Assembly: GCF_000142905.1 (NCBI RefSeq) | Contig: NW_013657649.1 | Coordinates: forward strand, 186,001-250,000 | Length of the DNA: 64,000 nt | From: Thecamonas trahens ATCC 50062 | Lineage: Eukaryota > Protista > Apusomonadida | Reading direction: 5' to 3' | Part shown: one piece after another, positions 40,127 through 50,900 of the stretch | Position numbering within the stretch: the stretch's first letter is position 1 | Layout: the number at the start of each line of letters is the position of its first letter | Translations under genes and position numbers: made by a program | Notes under the pieces: generated by a model | What the model was told of the DNA's origin: nothing | What the model saw: the letters and a program-made list of their open reading frames with translations, nothing else | Databases searched by the model: none

Positions 40127-43100
40127 CTAGCGTGATGACGACGAGGAGCGATCGTGATCGTGGACGCGGGAGGAGCGGCGACGGGGGCGGCCTGGGGTCC
40201 GCGACTCGCGACGACCGGAAGAGCCCTGGTTGTGCGAGGCGTTGGAGCCTGCGCGGCGGCGGGAGACTGAGGCGCGGCGGGCGCCCTTGCGCGAAGAGGC
40301 GCCTGGCGGATCGGCGCGCTTAGACGAGCGATTGTTGGTAAAGCGGGCCTTGCGCGAGGGGGTGCGCGAGTCGCGCGAGTCGCGCGAGTCGCGCGAGTCC
40401 GAGGAGGAGGAGCGGCGGGCGCGGCGCGAGGGGCCTGCAGCCGAGGCGGCGTCGACCTTGTAGATGGAGAGCTTGACCTTGGAGATTTCCTTGGTTTCGT
40501 GGTTGTAAGAGAGCTCGCGCAGGTCACGGTGGTCCTTGACGGCCTCGTAGACCTCTTGAGAGATGTAGACGTCGCCTCCAGTGGCGTGGTCTTCACACAT
40601 TTTGGACGATGTGTTGACGGGGTCTCCCCAGTGGACGTTTGTCCCCTTGACGAGCAGCAAGGTGCCCGAGTGGACGCCAAAGCCGAGGATATGGATCTGA
40701 TCGACCTCGGGCTTGTCCTCGTTGTACTCGTGGACGGCAGTCTGGATGGCGAGGACGGTGCGGACGGCGTCGGCCGGGGTGCGGAAGATCCAGAGGCCCT
40801 CCTCCTCCATGGTGCCGGCATTGGCCTTGACGAGCGGGCGGACGATGCGGTAGGCGGCGGACTTGACCTCGATGGTCTTTTGAACGCCTCCGAGCTCTGT
40901 GGTGCGGGCAAAATTGACACCGTACATGGCGACGGTCCACTCGGACTCGAAACGGTGGCGGAGGGCATCGTCGATATCTTCGCGCTCGGCGTCAGAGACC
41001 AAGAGGCGCCGGTTGATGCTTGCCGAGAAAAGTCCTTGTCCTTGTCCGACGACTTGGGCTTGCGCGGCGTGGTGAGGGCGTGCGATGGGAGCTTGTACGA
41101 GCCCTTGAACTTGGCGTACCCGGTGCAGTCGTAGTACGTCAGCGACTCGCCGGCGGGGAACGAAGTGTCCTTGGCACGGGTGAAGCGCACGGCCTTTTTG
41201 ACGGCCTTGACCTTGGCGATGGCCCCGTGGATGTTGGCGTCGACAAGCATGTGCCGCTTCTCGCACAGCTCCTCGCCGAGCCAGAACGCCGAGTCACACG
41301 GGTCACCGTACAGTTTGCCGGTCCGCTGGTCTTGGATGAGGTTCTCGCCGTAGCCAACGCCGACGCCGCCCATGACGATCTTAAAGTCGTTGTTGGACTG
41401 GCGGTCGTTAAAGGTATCGAGGAGCGGAAGAATCTGCGCTGCCGCCGAGAACGCTGCCAACGGGTCTTCAAAGACCACCAGAAAGTTGTCGGCTTCGGTC
41501 TCGATGGTCACTGCGCCGTAGTGCTCAAAGAGCGGGATGAGGAGCCTGCGCATGGTGTAAATGAGCGAAGCAAAGTGGATGATGCCCATCTTGCGGGTGA
41601 TACGGGTAAAGCCGGACATGTCAGTGACGAGCACGGCGTGCTTGCCTTTGTACTTGCGGATGTGGCGGTCGGGCTCAAAGGCGGAGCAGGCCGACGAGTC
41701 GGCCGAGCGCGACGAATGGGACGATGACGACGACGATGATGATGATGACGACGACGACGACGACGACGAGCCATCATTGCCCTTGCCCTTGCCCTTACGC
41801 TTACCCTTGCTCTTGCCCTTACGCTTGCCCTTGCGCTTGCCCTTGCCCGACGCCGAGCTTGCAGAGCGACTCGGGAGCAAGTCGCCCCAGCAAATGCGAC
41901 CAAAGCGGTCGATGGGGTCACCGTCACGCATGCGGGGATCGTGGACAACGTACGAATGCAGCTTGACCTTGGAGACGGTCGGCGAGCGCTTTTCAAACTC
42001 GAGGTGCTTGAGCGACTTGACGTTTCGGATCTTGCGGTGAATGTCAAGGGTGATAAAGAGCTCGCCATCGGCGGCGACGTCCTCGCCAAGCTTGGACGAG
42101 GTGTTGAGCGGGTCGCCCCAGTGGACGTCCGAGCCGTCAACGAGGAGCATCTTGCCAAGGTGGATGCCAAAGCCCTTGAAGGGGACCTGCTCGTCAGGCC
42201 CATGGCTCTCGTTGATAAAGACAAAGAGAGCCTTGATGTCGAGGGTGGCGCGGACAGCGTCTTCGACACGGTCAAAGCGGAAGATGGTATCCTCGATGAC
42301 CGAACCGTCATACTTTTTGAGGATGCGGGCCACCATGGTTGAGATGTTCATCATTTTGCCAAGCGAGTTCATGACGCCAAACTTTTCAGTCTCTTCGGCA
42401 AAGTCCAGGCCCATGACGACAACAGCGTAGTCGTGCATGTACTTTTCCTCGATGAGGGCGTCGAGGCGGGAGCGCTCGCGCTCGTTCTCGAGGCGGGCGA
42501 GCATGTGGTTGGTAAAGACGCCAAACTCGTCGGTGGCTTTGGCGGCGGCGGCGTTGGCAGCAGCAATGGCCTTGTCAGCCTTGAGCCTGCCGGAGAGCTT
42601 GCCCGAGACGACAAAGTGGACGCGGCCGTCGCCGCCGTCCTCGTCATCAATGCGGCGTTCGCCCTTGACTTTTGCAAACTGCGGCATGTCGCGGATGCGA
42701 TCGTAAACCTCGTGGTCGACGCAGATGTCCGAGTCTGCGGCGACGTCCTCGCCGAGGCGAAAGGCCACGTCGCGGGCCTCGCCGAACAGCATGTGGTTCT
42801 TGCCGAGGATGGTGTCGCGGCCGAGGCCGATGCCGTAGCCGCCGATGATGGGCTGGAAATCCTTCTCAGCCACAGTGGCGGTGTACTCGTCCATCTTGGT
42901 CTTGGCCTCGATGGCGGCAGCCACGGCGTCCTCGGGCGTGGAGAAGAGGACCAAAAAGTTGTCGGCCTCGGTGAGGATGTACAGTGCGCCGTAGGCCTCG
43001 TAGATGGGCCTGCAGATGGCTCGCATCTTGAGGATGAGCGAGGCAAAGTGAATAATCCCGTACTTGCGCGTCAGCCGCGTGAAGCCCGACATGTCGGTGA

Positions 43101-43230
43101 CCAGGACCGTGACCTCGGACTCGTACCGTGTGGCGATGGCGTCCTCGCGGTTGACCAAGTTTGCCAGCGTCTCCGAGTGCTTCAGCGGATGCCTGCCACT
43201 CGCCCCACCGCCATCATCTCTGTTTCTCGC
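40127..43230 (-). CDS. Class III nucleotidyl cyclase with four tandem catalytic-like domains; 1-nt frameshift at 41028-41031; 5' end unresolved
   Basis: VLVTDMSGFTR..RKxGIIHFASLI...TEADNF occurs twice and G(I/V)HxG...VHWGDPxNTSSKxxEDxA occurs twice. The fourth domain is in the frame of track ORF 40127..41266. Confidence 0.85.
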
Positions 43231-43442
43231 CTGGCCCACTATGTCCGCGCACAAGCATACCACCCACCACCCACATCGTCCAACAGTGAGTCCAACTCCC
43301 TGGGTATGCAGGACAGAGGGCGGCGACGGAACCACAAGTGAACTGAGGCAGTGGGGGGGGGGGGGGGGGGTCGTGAGCAGCAGTGTGGCGGCGGCCGAGT
43401 CATCGCTGGGCAGGTACACCCGGCTCTGCGGCGAGGTGACAG

Positions 43443-44947
43443 ATGCTGGGCGTGGTGCGAGCGATGGGCGGTACAGGCAGCATGCATTTGCTGCGGCATG
43501 TGGCGGCAGGTGGAGCCGGGTTGTCCCGACCGAACAGTGCGCTGGCATGGGCCCGTGCGGCCGGGTGCGGCGGCCGGGTGCTACCGCTGCCTGCCAACGC
43601 GTCAGTCAGCGTGCTCGACTCGCCGACGGCCTTCCACGCCCACCTGGTGACCAAGGCCAAGGCTGCCCGCACCCGCATTCTCCTTGGCACGCTGTATGTG
43701 GGTGGCGGTGAGAAGGAGGATGCGCTTCTCGCTGCTGCCGCAGAGGCTGCTGTGTCAGCCGCCGGGCCGCCTGCAACGCGACTGCGGCTGCGGGCCCACG
43801 TCGACTACCATCGCGGACAGAGGGCGCAGGAAGGCGGGAGCTCGGCAGAGATGCTGGCACGGCGGCTGCTGGCAGATGAGGTGAGAGAGGGAGCGGATGT
43901 GAGGGTGACGCTGTTTCGATCGCCGCGGCTGCCGCAGGCGCTGGCACCGGCGGTCCCGGCCAAGTACCGCGAGGCTGCGGGCGTCTCGCACCTCAAAGTC
44001 CTTGTCTTTGACGACGATGTGGTGCTGACGGGCGCCAATCTCTCGCACGACTACTTTACCAATAGGCAGGACCGCTACGTGGTGCTGAGCGGCGTGCCGG
44101 AGCTCGCAGACTGGTACGAGGAGGTGATGGATGCGGTGGCGGACGCCTCGCACCAGCTGGTGGCCGATGGCAGTCTCCGCCCGCCGTCGCGAGGCGCACA
44201 AGCGGCGGCACGGGCAGCGCTGCATGTGCTGGTGACAAATCCAGGGAGCAAGCGTGGCGATGTAGGGGCCGGAGCCGCGAGTGACGAGGAGACGGCAACG
44301 TGGCTGGTGCCGACGCTTCAGTTTGGCCCGTGGGGTCTTGATCACGACGCGCGGGTGGCGCTGGCGCTGTTGGGTGGCGGAATGTTGCGAGGCCGTGCAC
44401 GGATTCAACTCGCGCTGGCGTACATGAACCTGACACCCGAGCTCGCGGACGCAGTGGTGGCGGCAGCCGGGCGTGGCGAGTGCGAGGGGGTGAGGGTGGT
44501 GACGGCGGCGCCCGAGGCGAACGGGTTTCACGGTGCGAGCGGGCTCCCGGGCTACGTCCCGTTTGTGTACTCGTGGCTGGCGAGCGAGTTCTACAGCAAG
44601 GCGCGACAGGCGCTGGCGCCGATGGGTGCCGATGACAAGCTAGTCATGTACGAGTACGCCGCGCCTGGGCAGACCTTTCACTGCAAGGGGTGTGGGTGAG
44701 CGAGGCCGGGCAGACAGCGACGCTGGTCGGCTCGACCAACTATGGCGCGCGATCGGCAGACAAGGACCTCGAGTCGCAGGTTGGCATCTTTACGACAGAC
44801 CCCGAGGTAGCGGCGCGGCTCGAGGCTGAGGCTGAGACGCTGGTGGCGCGGGCGAGCCGAGTGAGCGAGGCTACGTACAGCGAGCCGCAGCGGGCGTGGC
44901 CGGGCTGGCTACCGGTGGTGGCGAAGCGAGTGAGCCAATTCTTCTGA
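43443..44947 (+). CDS. PGS1: Mitochondrial phosphatidylglycerophosphate synthase; 1-nt frameshift at 44687-44690
   Basis: HLKVLVFDDDVVLTGANLSHDYFTNRQDRY, APEANGF and TFHCKG; continues in a second frame WVS..TLVGSTNYGARSADKDLESQ. Confidence 0.92.
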
Positions 44948-44978
44948 GCGGCTCGCGCTACGAGGGTAGGATTGCGCG

Positions 44979-47261
44979 TTACGGGTACGAGTCGAGAGCG
45001 GTGCGGCCAGAGACAAGGCCGATGGCGTTGATGGACTCGGCCGACTTTGTCTGGCGGTACCACCACCACTCAAACGACTCGTACGAGCACTTGCCCTCGC
45101 CGGTCGGGTCCATGTCTGCGAGTGCAGCGTCGAGCTCGTTCTTGGAGAGCGGCTTACCAAGGGCGGTGGCAAGGTTCTGCAGGTCGTTGGCGTCGACGTA
45201 GCCGGAGCCGTCGACGTCGATGGCGGCAAAGGCGTCGCGGATTTCCTCGGATGAGGCCTTGTCGATGGAGCGGATGGGGATGCGTGCCGGGCCGCCAAAC
45301 TCACCGGAGAACATGACGTCGACACGGCGGTACTCCTTCTCAATGCGGGCGTTGTCCCAGCCGAGCTCGTCGGCCATGATCTCGATGACGCGCGGGACGG
45401 CCTCGCGGGCGGCCTCGACGTTGAGAAAGGCGAGGCGGGTGCGGCGGGCTAGGACGTCGGTGGCGGAGCGGGCAAACTCGGCGCACGCGACGCGGACCTC
45501 GGACTCGAGGTAGGGATAGCCCGGGACGAGGCGCTTTCCAGAGAGCGGCCAGCGCTGGCCGGTGGGGTTGGTCTCTGCCGCCATACGGGCGACGTCAAAC
45601 GACTCGGAGCCGTAGGTGCGGGCGAGGTGGACGGCGACGTCGCGCTCGATGCCGAACTTTTGGATGAGCTGGATGTGGAGGTTGGGCGTCCAGCCCTCTG
45701 CGCCGATGAGCTTGACGTTCTTGGAGATGGCGGTCTTCTTGCGGAGGCCCGAGACCTCGAGGGCCTTGTCAACGGCGTCCTGAGCCATCTCGCGGTAGGT
45801 GGTCCATTTGCCACCGCCAACGAGGACCATGCCGCCGGGTGAGACGGCGACGACGTGCTCGCGACGGATCTCCTGGGTGTCGGCAGCGGTGGGGTCGGAG
45901 ACGAGTGGGCGGATGCCCTTCCATGCCGAGAGGACGTCGCGGCGGCGGACCTTGAGCTCGTCGGTCAGGTACCGCTGGACCTCGTTGAGGATCCACGAGA
46001 CCTCTTCCTCGGTCGGCGCCGGGTTGCGGTCGACCGGGCATGGCGCGTCGGTTGTCCCGCAAACGGTGTGGCCGAGCCAAGGGAGGAAAAAGATGACGCG
46101 ACCGTCCGAGGTCGACGGATCGATGAGGCCCATCGACGACGGGGCGTAGAACGAGGGCAGGATGATGTGGGTACCCGACGACGGCTGGACCATGGGCTCG
46201 ACGTCTGGGTCCTCCATGCGGCGGACCGAGTCAATGAAAGGGCCTGCGGCGGCAATGACGACCTTGGCGCGGATCTCAAATGTCGACTGCGACTCGCGGT
46301 CTGTGGCCACGACGCCGGTAACCTTGCCGTCAGCGTCCTTCAGAATCTTCTCGGCGTCGACGTAGTTGCCGAGCGCGGCGCCCTTGGCGGCTGCAGTCAG
46401 CGCGATGGCGAGGTTCATGCGCGTGTCGTCGTTGACACCGTCGTAGTAAACCACGGCGCCCTTGAGGCCGTCAGCCTGAAGCATGGGAAACTGCTCCAGG
46501 GCGCGCCGCTTGGAGAGAAAGTACGACCGCTTGGGCGGGAGGCCGGCGACAAGATCGTAGGCCTTGACACCGGCGTACATGTAAGGCACCTTCCACCACG
46601 AGTAGAGCGGGAGCATGATAGGCAGCCAGCGCGAGATGTGGGGGGCGACGTTCATCCAGTGGCTCCGCTCCTTCAACGCCTCGCGGACCAGCTTGTACTG
46701 CCCGTAGTCTGCGTTCCAGAACGCCTTCTCCAGGTACCGAACGCCGCCATGGATGAGCTTGGTCGACTTGGAAGAGGTCGCGCAGCCAAAATCGCCGCGC
46801 TCCACAAGGGCCACCGAGTAGCCCCGGGTGATGGCATCGAGCGCCACGCCCACGCCCGTCGCCCCGCCGCCGATGACCAACATATCAAACTGCGACGTGT
46901 GCCGCAGCCGGTCAATCATCTCCTCCCGTGGCGGCACATCGGCCATCGACACGTGCGCGCCGACAGCAGCACTTGTGCTCTGTAAGGGAAGGAGCAAGCA
47001 AGCACACGAGTGAGTGATCGGGTGAGGCAGGCCACGGATGTGTGTGGGCTGTGAGTGGTAGCGCCCGCACGGCCGCACAGGCGACGGAGCCCGCATGGCG
47101 AGGCCACCCGTCACTACCGTCATCCTCATCCTCCTCCTCACCACCCCAACCCCAACCCCAACCCCAATCCCAATCCCAATCCCAATCCCTCGGGTCGTCC
47201 GTACCAGTGCCCGTCCCAGCCGGGCCCATGTCGCGCTGACCACGGCAGTGCTACGCAGCAT
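44979..47261 (-). CDS. GPD2: Mitochondrial FAD glycerol-3-phosphate dehydrogenase with C-terminal EF-hands; likely exons 47261-47205 and 46979-44979
   Basis: VIGGGATG, TSSKSTKLIHGGVRYLEKA, GGKWTTYR and ARRTRLAFLN motifs; EF-hands DVDGSGYVDAND and DPTGEGKCSYES; phase-0 intron CTG|gtacgg...ttacag|AGC. Confidence 0.95.
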   Translation of the reverse strand: MLRSTAVVSATWARLGRALVRTTRGIGIGIGIGVGVGVGVVRRRMRMTVVTGGLAMRAPSPVRPCGRYHSQPTHIRGLPHPITHSCACLLLPLQSTSAAVGAHVSMADVPPREEMIDRLRHTSQFDMLVIGGGATGVGVALDAITRGYSVALVERGDFGCATSSKSTKLIHGGVRYLEKAFWNADYGQYKLVREALKERSHWMNVAPHISRWLPIMLPLYSWWKVPYMYAGVKAYDLVAGLPPKRSYFLSKRRALEQFPMLQADGLKGAVVYYDGVNDDTRMNLAIALTAAAKGAALGNYVDAEKILKDADGKVTGVVATDRESQSTFEIRAKVVIAAAGPFIDSVRRMEDPDVEPMVQPSSGTHIILPSFYAPSSMGLIDPSTSDGRVIFFLPWLGHTVCGTTDAPCPVDRNPAPTEEEVSWILNEVQRYLTDELKVRRRDVLSAWKGIRPLVSDPTAADTQEIRREHVVAVSPGGMVLVGGGKWTTYREMAQDAVDKALEVSGLRKKTAISKNVKLIGAEGWTPNLHIQLIQKFGIERDVAVHLARTYGSESFDVARMAAETNPTGQRWPLSGKRLVPGYPYLESEVRVACAEFARSATDVLARRTRLAFLNVEAAREAVPRVIEIMADELGWDNARIEKEYRRVDVMFSGEFGGPARIPIRSIDKASSEEIRDAFAAIDVDGSGYVDANDLQNLATALGKPLSKNELDAALADMDPTGEGKCSYESFEWWWYRQTKSAESINAIGLVSGRTALDSYP

Positions 47262-47960
47262 GACAGCAAGGCCAGACAGCGATGGGACCACAACCGACCA
47301 GTACTGACACCCTCTTGTGCCGGTGTACCACTTGCTCTTTGCGGTAAAATGGGGTGGATCGCCCTTGCAAGAGCTCGAGTTGAGTCTCCTGGTCGCTGTC
47401 GCTGTCGCCGTCGTCTCCTTGTTCGCTGCGGTCGCTCCCGCTCTCCCCCACGTACCGCTCCCGCAAACCTCCGCCAAACAAACACCATCGCCACCCTAGG
47501 NNNNNNNNNNNNNNNNNNNNNNNNNNNNNNNNNNNNNNNNNNNNNNNNNNNNNNNNNNNNNNNNNNNNNNNNNNNNNNNNNNNNNNNNNNNNNNNNNNNN
47601 NNNNNNNNNNNNNNNNNNNNNNNNNNNNNNNNNNNNNNNNNNNNNNNNNNNNNNNNNNNNNNNNNNNNNNNNNNNNNNNNNNNNNNNNNNNNNNNNNNNN
47701 NNNNNNNNNNNNNNNNNNNNNNNNNNNNNNNNNNNNNNNNNNNNNNNNNNNNNNNNNNNNNNNNNNNNNNNNNNNNNNNNNNNNNNNNNNNGCGCCTCGA
47801 CCTCAACTTGCCTCACGTACCTATGCGCTCCCGCCGCGGCCAGGACGCCCGCGGCGGCCTGGCGGGCATTCGGTTTACCCCGCTTTGCTCGCCACTGCCG
47901 AGTGAGGCGCTGGCGCGCGGACCGCCGGCATGCATCACTGCCCTCTTGCCGTCTTCGCGC

Positions 47961-50900
47961 ATGTCCAAGCTGCTTGTTCGCTTTGGGGAGGTCCAGACAG
48001 ACGGCTCGAACGTGTGTGTGGTTCCGGTTGGTCCTGGTGAGACCGCCGTCAGCGTCGACGTCCCGCAGTCGTTGCCCGAGTCGGCCACGCCGCCCACTCC
48101 CGACTCGCCCGATCGTCTGGTCAAGATCTACGTCTCCACGGGCAAGAAGTGGGTTCTCATTCCCACCGCCTTTATCTTTTTTGATTCTGCCAGTCTCGAG
48201 GTTACTCTCTGGCCGCGATGCGGCGTCCGCCCGGCCTCTAGCAGTCGCAGCTCTCCGCCGTCGTCGCGCGCCCAGTCGCCCGAAGCCTCACACCGTCCAC
48301 CCATTGCCGACACCGTTGCCTCGCTCACGCCGCAGTCGGCGGCCGTACGCGCCATGGCCCGCTCTAGCGGTGCGCTCAACGCATCGTCGGCCGCAGCCGC
48401 TCTCGCCGCCGCCGCCTCCTCGGCCTTTGAGCCCGATGTCGAGCCGGCCGGCTTCTACGGCGACGAGGCCAGCGATGCATCTCGCCGTGGCACCCGCGTC
48501 TTCATCCTGGAGCCACGGCTCATGGCGTACCTCCCGCTCGTCCGCTCGACGCTCAAGGTCAAGCTCGCCTTTCAAAAGCAGTTTGGCCCGCCGGGCGTCT
48601 CCATCCGCATGCGCCGGCCGACCGACGAGCTCAACTCGACGGGCGGCCCGGACATGTTGTCGAGTGCCGGCCAGAGCTCCACCGGCGCCCCGTCGCGCGA
48701 CAAGGCAGCCGTGGTTCTCAACGTCAACGTTCTTGTTTCGCCTGACGCAACGAGTGAGACCCCGACCCACCTCGCCATCATGGCTGCTGCCGCGCTCGGA
48801 AGCCAGACGACCATGGCCCAGGCTGTGCTCGCCGGCGCTCCGCTTCCATTCTTCACCATTCCGCCTGACATCATGATTGGTGCGCAGTCGGTGGCACTCT
48901 CGCTCGATGGCGCGGCGTCGTGGATCAACCTCGATGGCAGCTTTCTCGTCTACGACGCAGCCTCGCTCAGCGACACTGGATTCTCGCCAACCGCCTCATG
49001 GACCCACGAGTCGGTTGTCTCCACCTTTTCCGGCGACCTCCTCAAGCATGCTCTCTTCCGCTACCGTACCAACCCGATGGTCGCGCTTGGGGCGCCGCCA
49101 CCGCCTGTTCCGGTCTCTACCCTCCGCATGCGCCTCCTGTCCGAGTACCTCTCGTCCGAGGCAACCGCTGCCGCCCTTGTTCAGGCCTCTATCAAGTCTG
49201 CGGTCTCGTCGCCCAAGGCGCCTGACTTTCCCGACCGCCCAACGTCGAGCGGCGGCGGGCCCGGTGGTGAACTCTCTGATGTTGTTGTCATGCACACCCG
49301 TGCCACATCCAGTGCCTCGACATCACATCAGGCGCCGAGTGGGGGCTTGGCGGGAGCATCTGGTGCTGGAGCCAGCTCTCGCCGCAGCAGAGCAAACACT
49401 CGCCGCGGTGCTGGAAGCTCAGGCATGGGCACTCCGACCGGACAACGCTCGGCGGCTTACGTCTCGCTCCTCAGCTCGGCGCTCTCGTCATTGGCCAGCA
49501 GCTCTTCGAGCGGCCGTAGCTCGTCGTCGGCCGCCATCGGCGACGTCCTCCCGGTATGTGTCATACCCTCCGAAGGCCACTCACTGTTTGAGAGGCCGAC
49601 GTCGGCGTCGTCACGCCGCCGCGGTGAGCGACTCTCACTCGACTCGGGCGGAAAAGAGTCAGACGAGACGATCGGACAAACCGGCCACCGCGGCGAGCCG
49701 GGCTCAACAGCCCGGGTCGGGAGCGGGAATGCACGGGCGCGGCTTCCGCGCAGGGTCGGCTCGATCGGCTCGGGCATGGGCGGCACTGTTGACGATGGCC
49801 TTGAGGTTGAGGGCATGCGATCATCCAGCGCACTTCGCACGCTCTCGCGCATCGGCGAGTCGCCAGTGCCCGAGGCTGTCGACGCCGCCACCCTGGCGGC
49901 GTTAGTGCGGATGAAGCACCCTGCGCTGCTCAGCCAAGGTTCGTCCGGCGCGGGAGCACTCACTATCCCCGATGTGGCCCTCGTGGTTCCGCCATGCTCG
50001 CCCGGCCTCCGCCCCATCTTTATCTCGCTCGATGCCGGTCAAACCTGGGTCCAACTCGCGCTCCCGTTTCTCCACTACACAGACGGTGCGCTCACCGATG
50101 TCACCATCGAGCCGGCATGCGCTCCTGCAGTAGGGTCGACCACGGTTGCTATCCGCGCACCCGAGCTCAAGTCGCTCCTTCCGTACCTCGACATCCGCGT
50201 CGCCTTTGTCTCAGAGGACTTGCTTGGCTCGTCGGCCGAGCTCCGGCATCAGCAGCTGAGCCGCCGAGCCACAGCCCGGGTCGCCAAGACTGCGCATGCC
50301 GAAGCGCTTGCCTCGACCGAGATGACCTCTGACCAAGTCCTCCGCCACGTCCACGCCTCGCTCTCCCCCGAGTTTCTCTCGTTCTGGATGTCGGCGGCCC
50401 ACCAGCGGACACGCGGAAGCGGGTCGTCGGCGCGACACGCCGGCGGAGTCGACTCGGGTGCCTCAGGTGGCTCGCACAACGGCGAGGCCGTCTTTGAGGA
50501 TGCCATTCGGACACGAGTCCGCACCGGCGGCGACGAAGTCACCATGATTGTCCCACCACACGACATTGGCCTTTTTTACATGCGTATCTCCATCCACAGC
50601 CAGCCGGGCATCACGCTGCCGACGCCGTTCCTCTTTTTCGACGACGACATGCTCAAGGTCTCCAAGCTCTCGTTTTCACCGGCACTTGGGCCCATCGAAG
50701 GCGGCATCCGCATTGCGCTGCATGGCGAACTCGTTCCATACTTTCTCCCGTTTATGGGCCGGGCGCGACTCAAGTTTGCCTGGCCGTCGCGCGGCTCGCA
50801 CGCTGTCGCCTCAATCTCGCTCACCATGCGGTCCAATCGAAGCGGTGACCGCAACGGCGACCGTAGCGGCGACCGCAACGAGCTGCCTGATTCACTCGCT

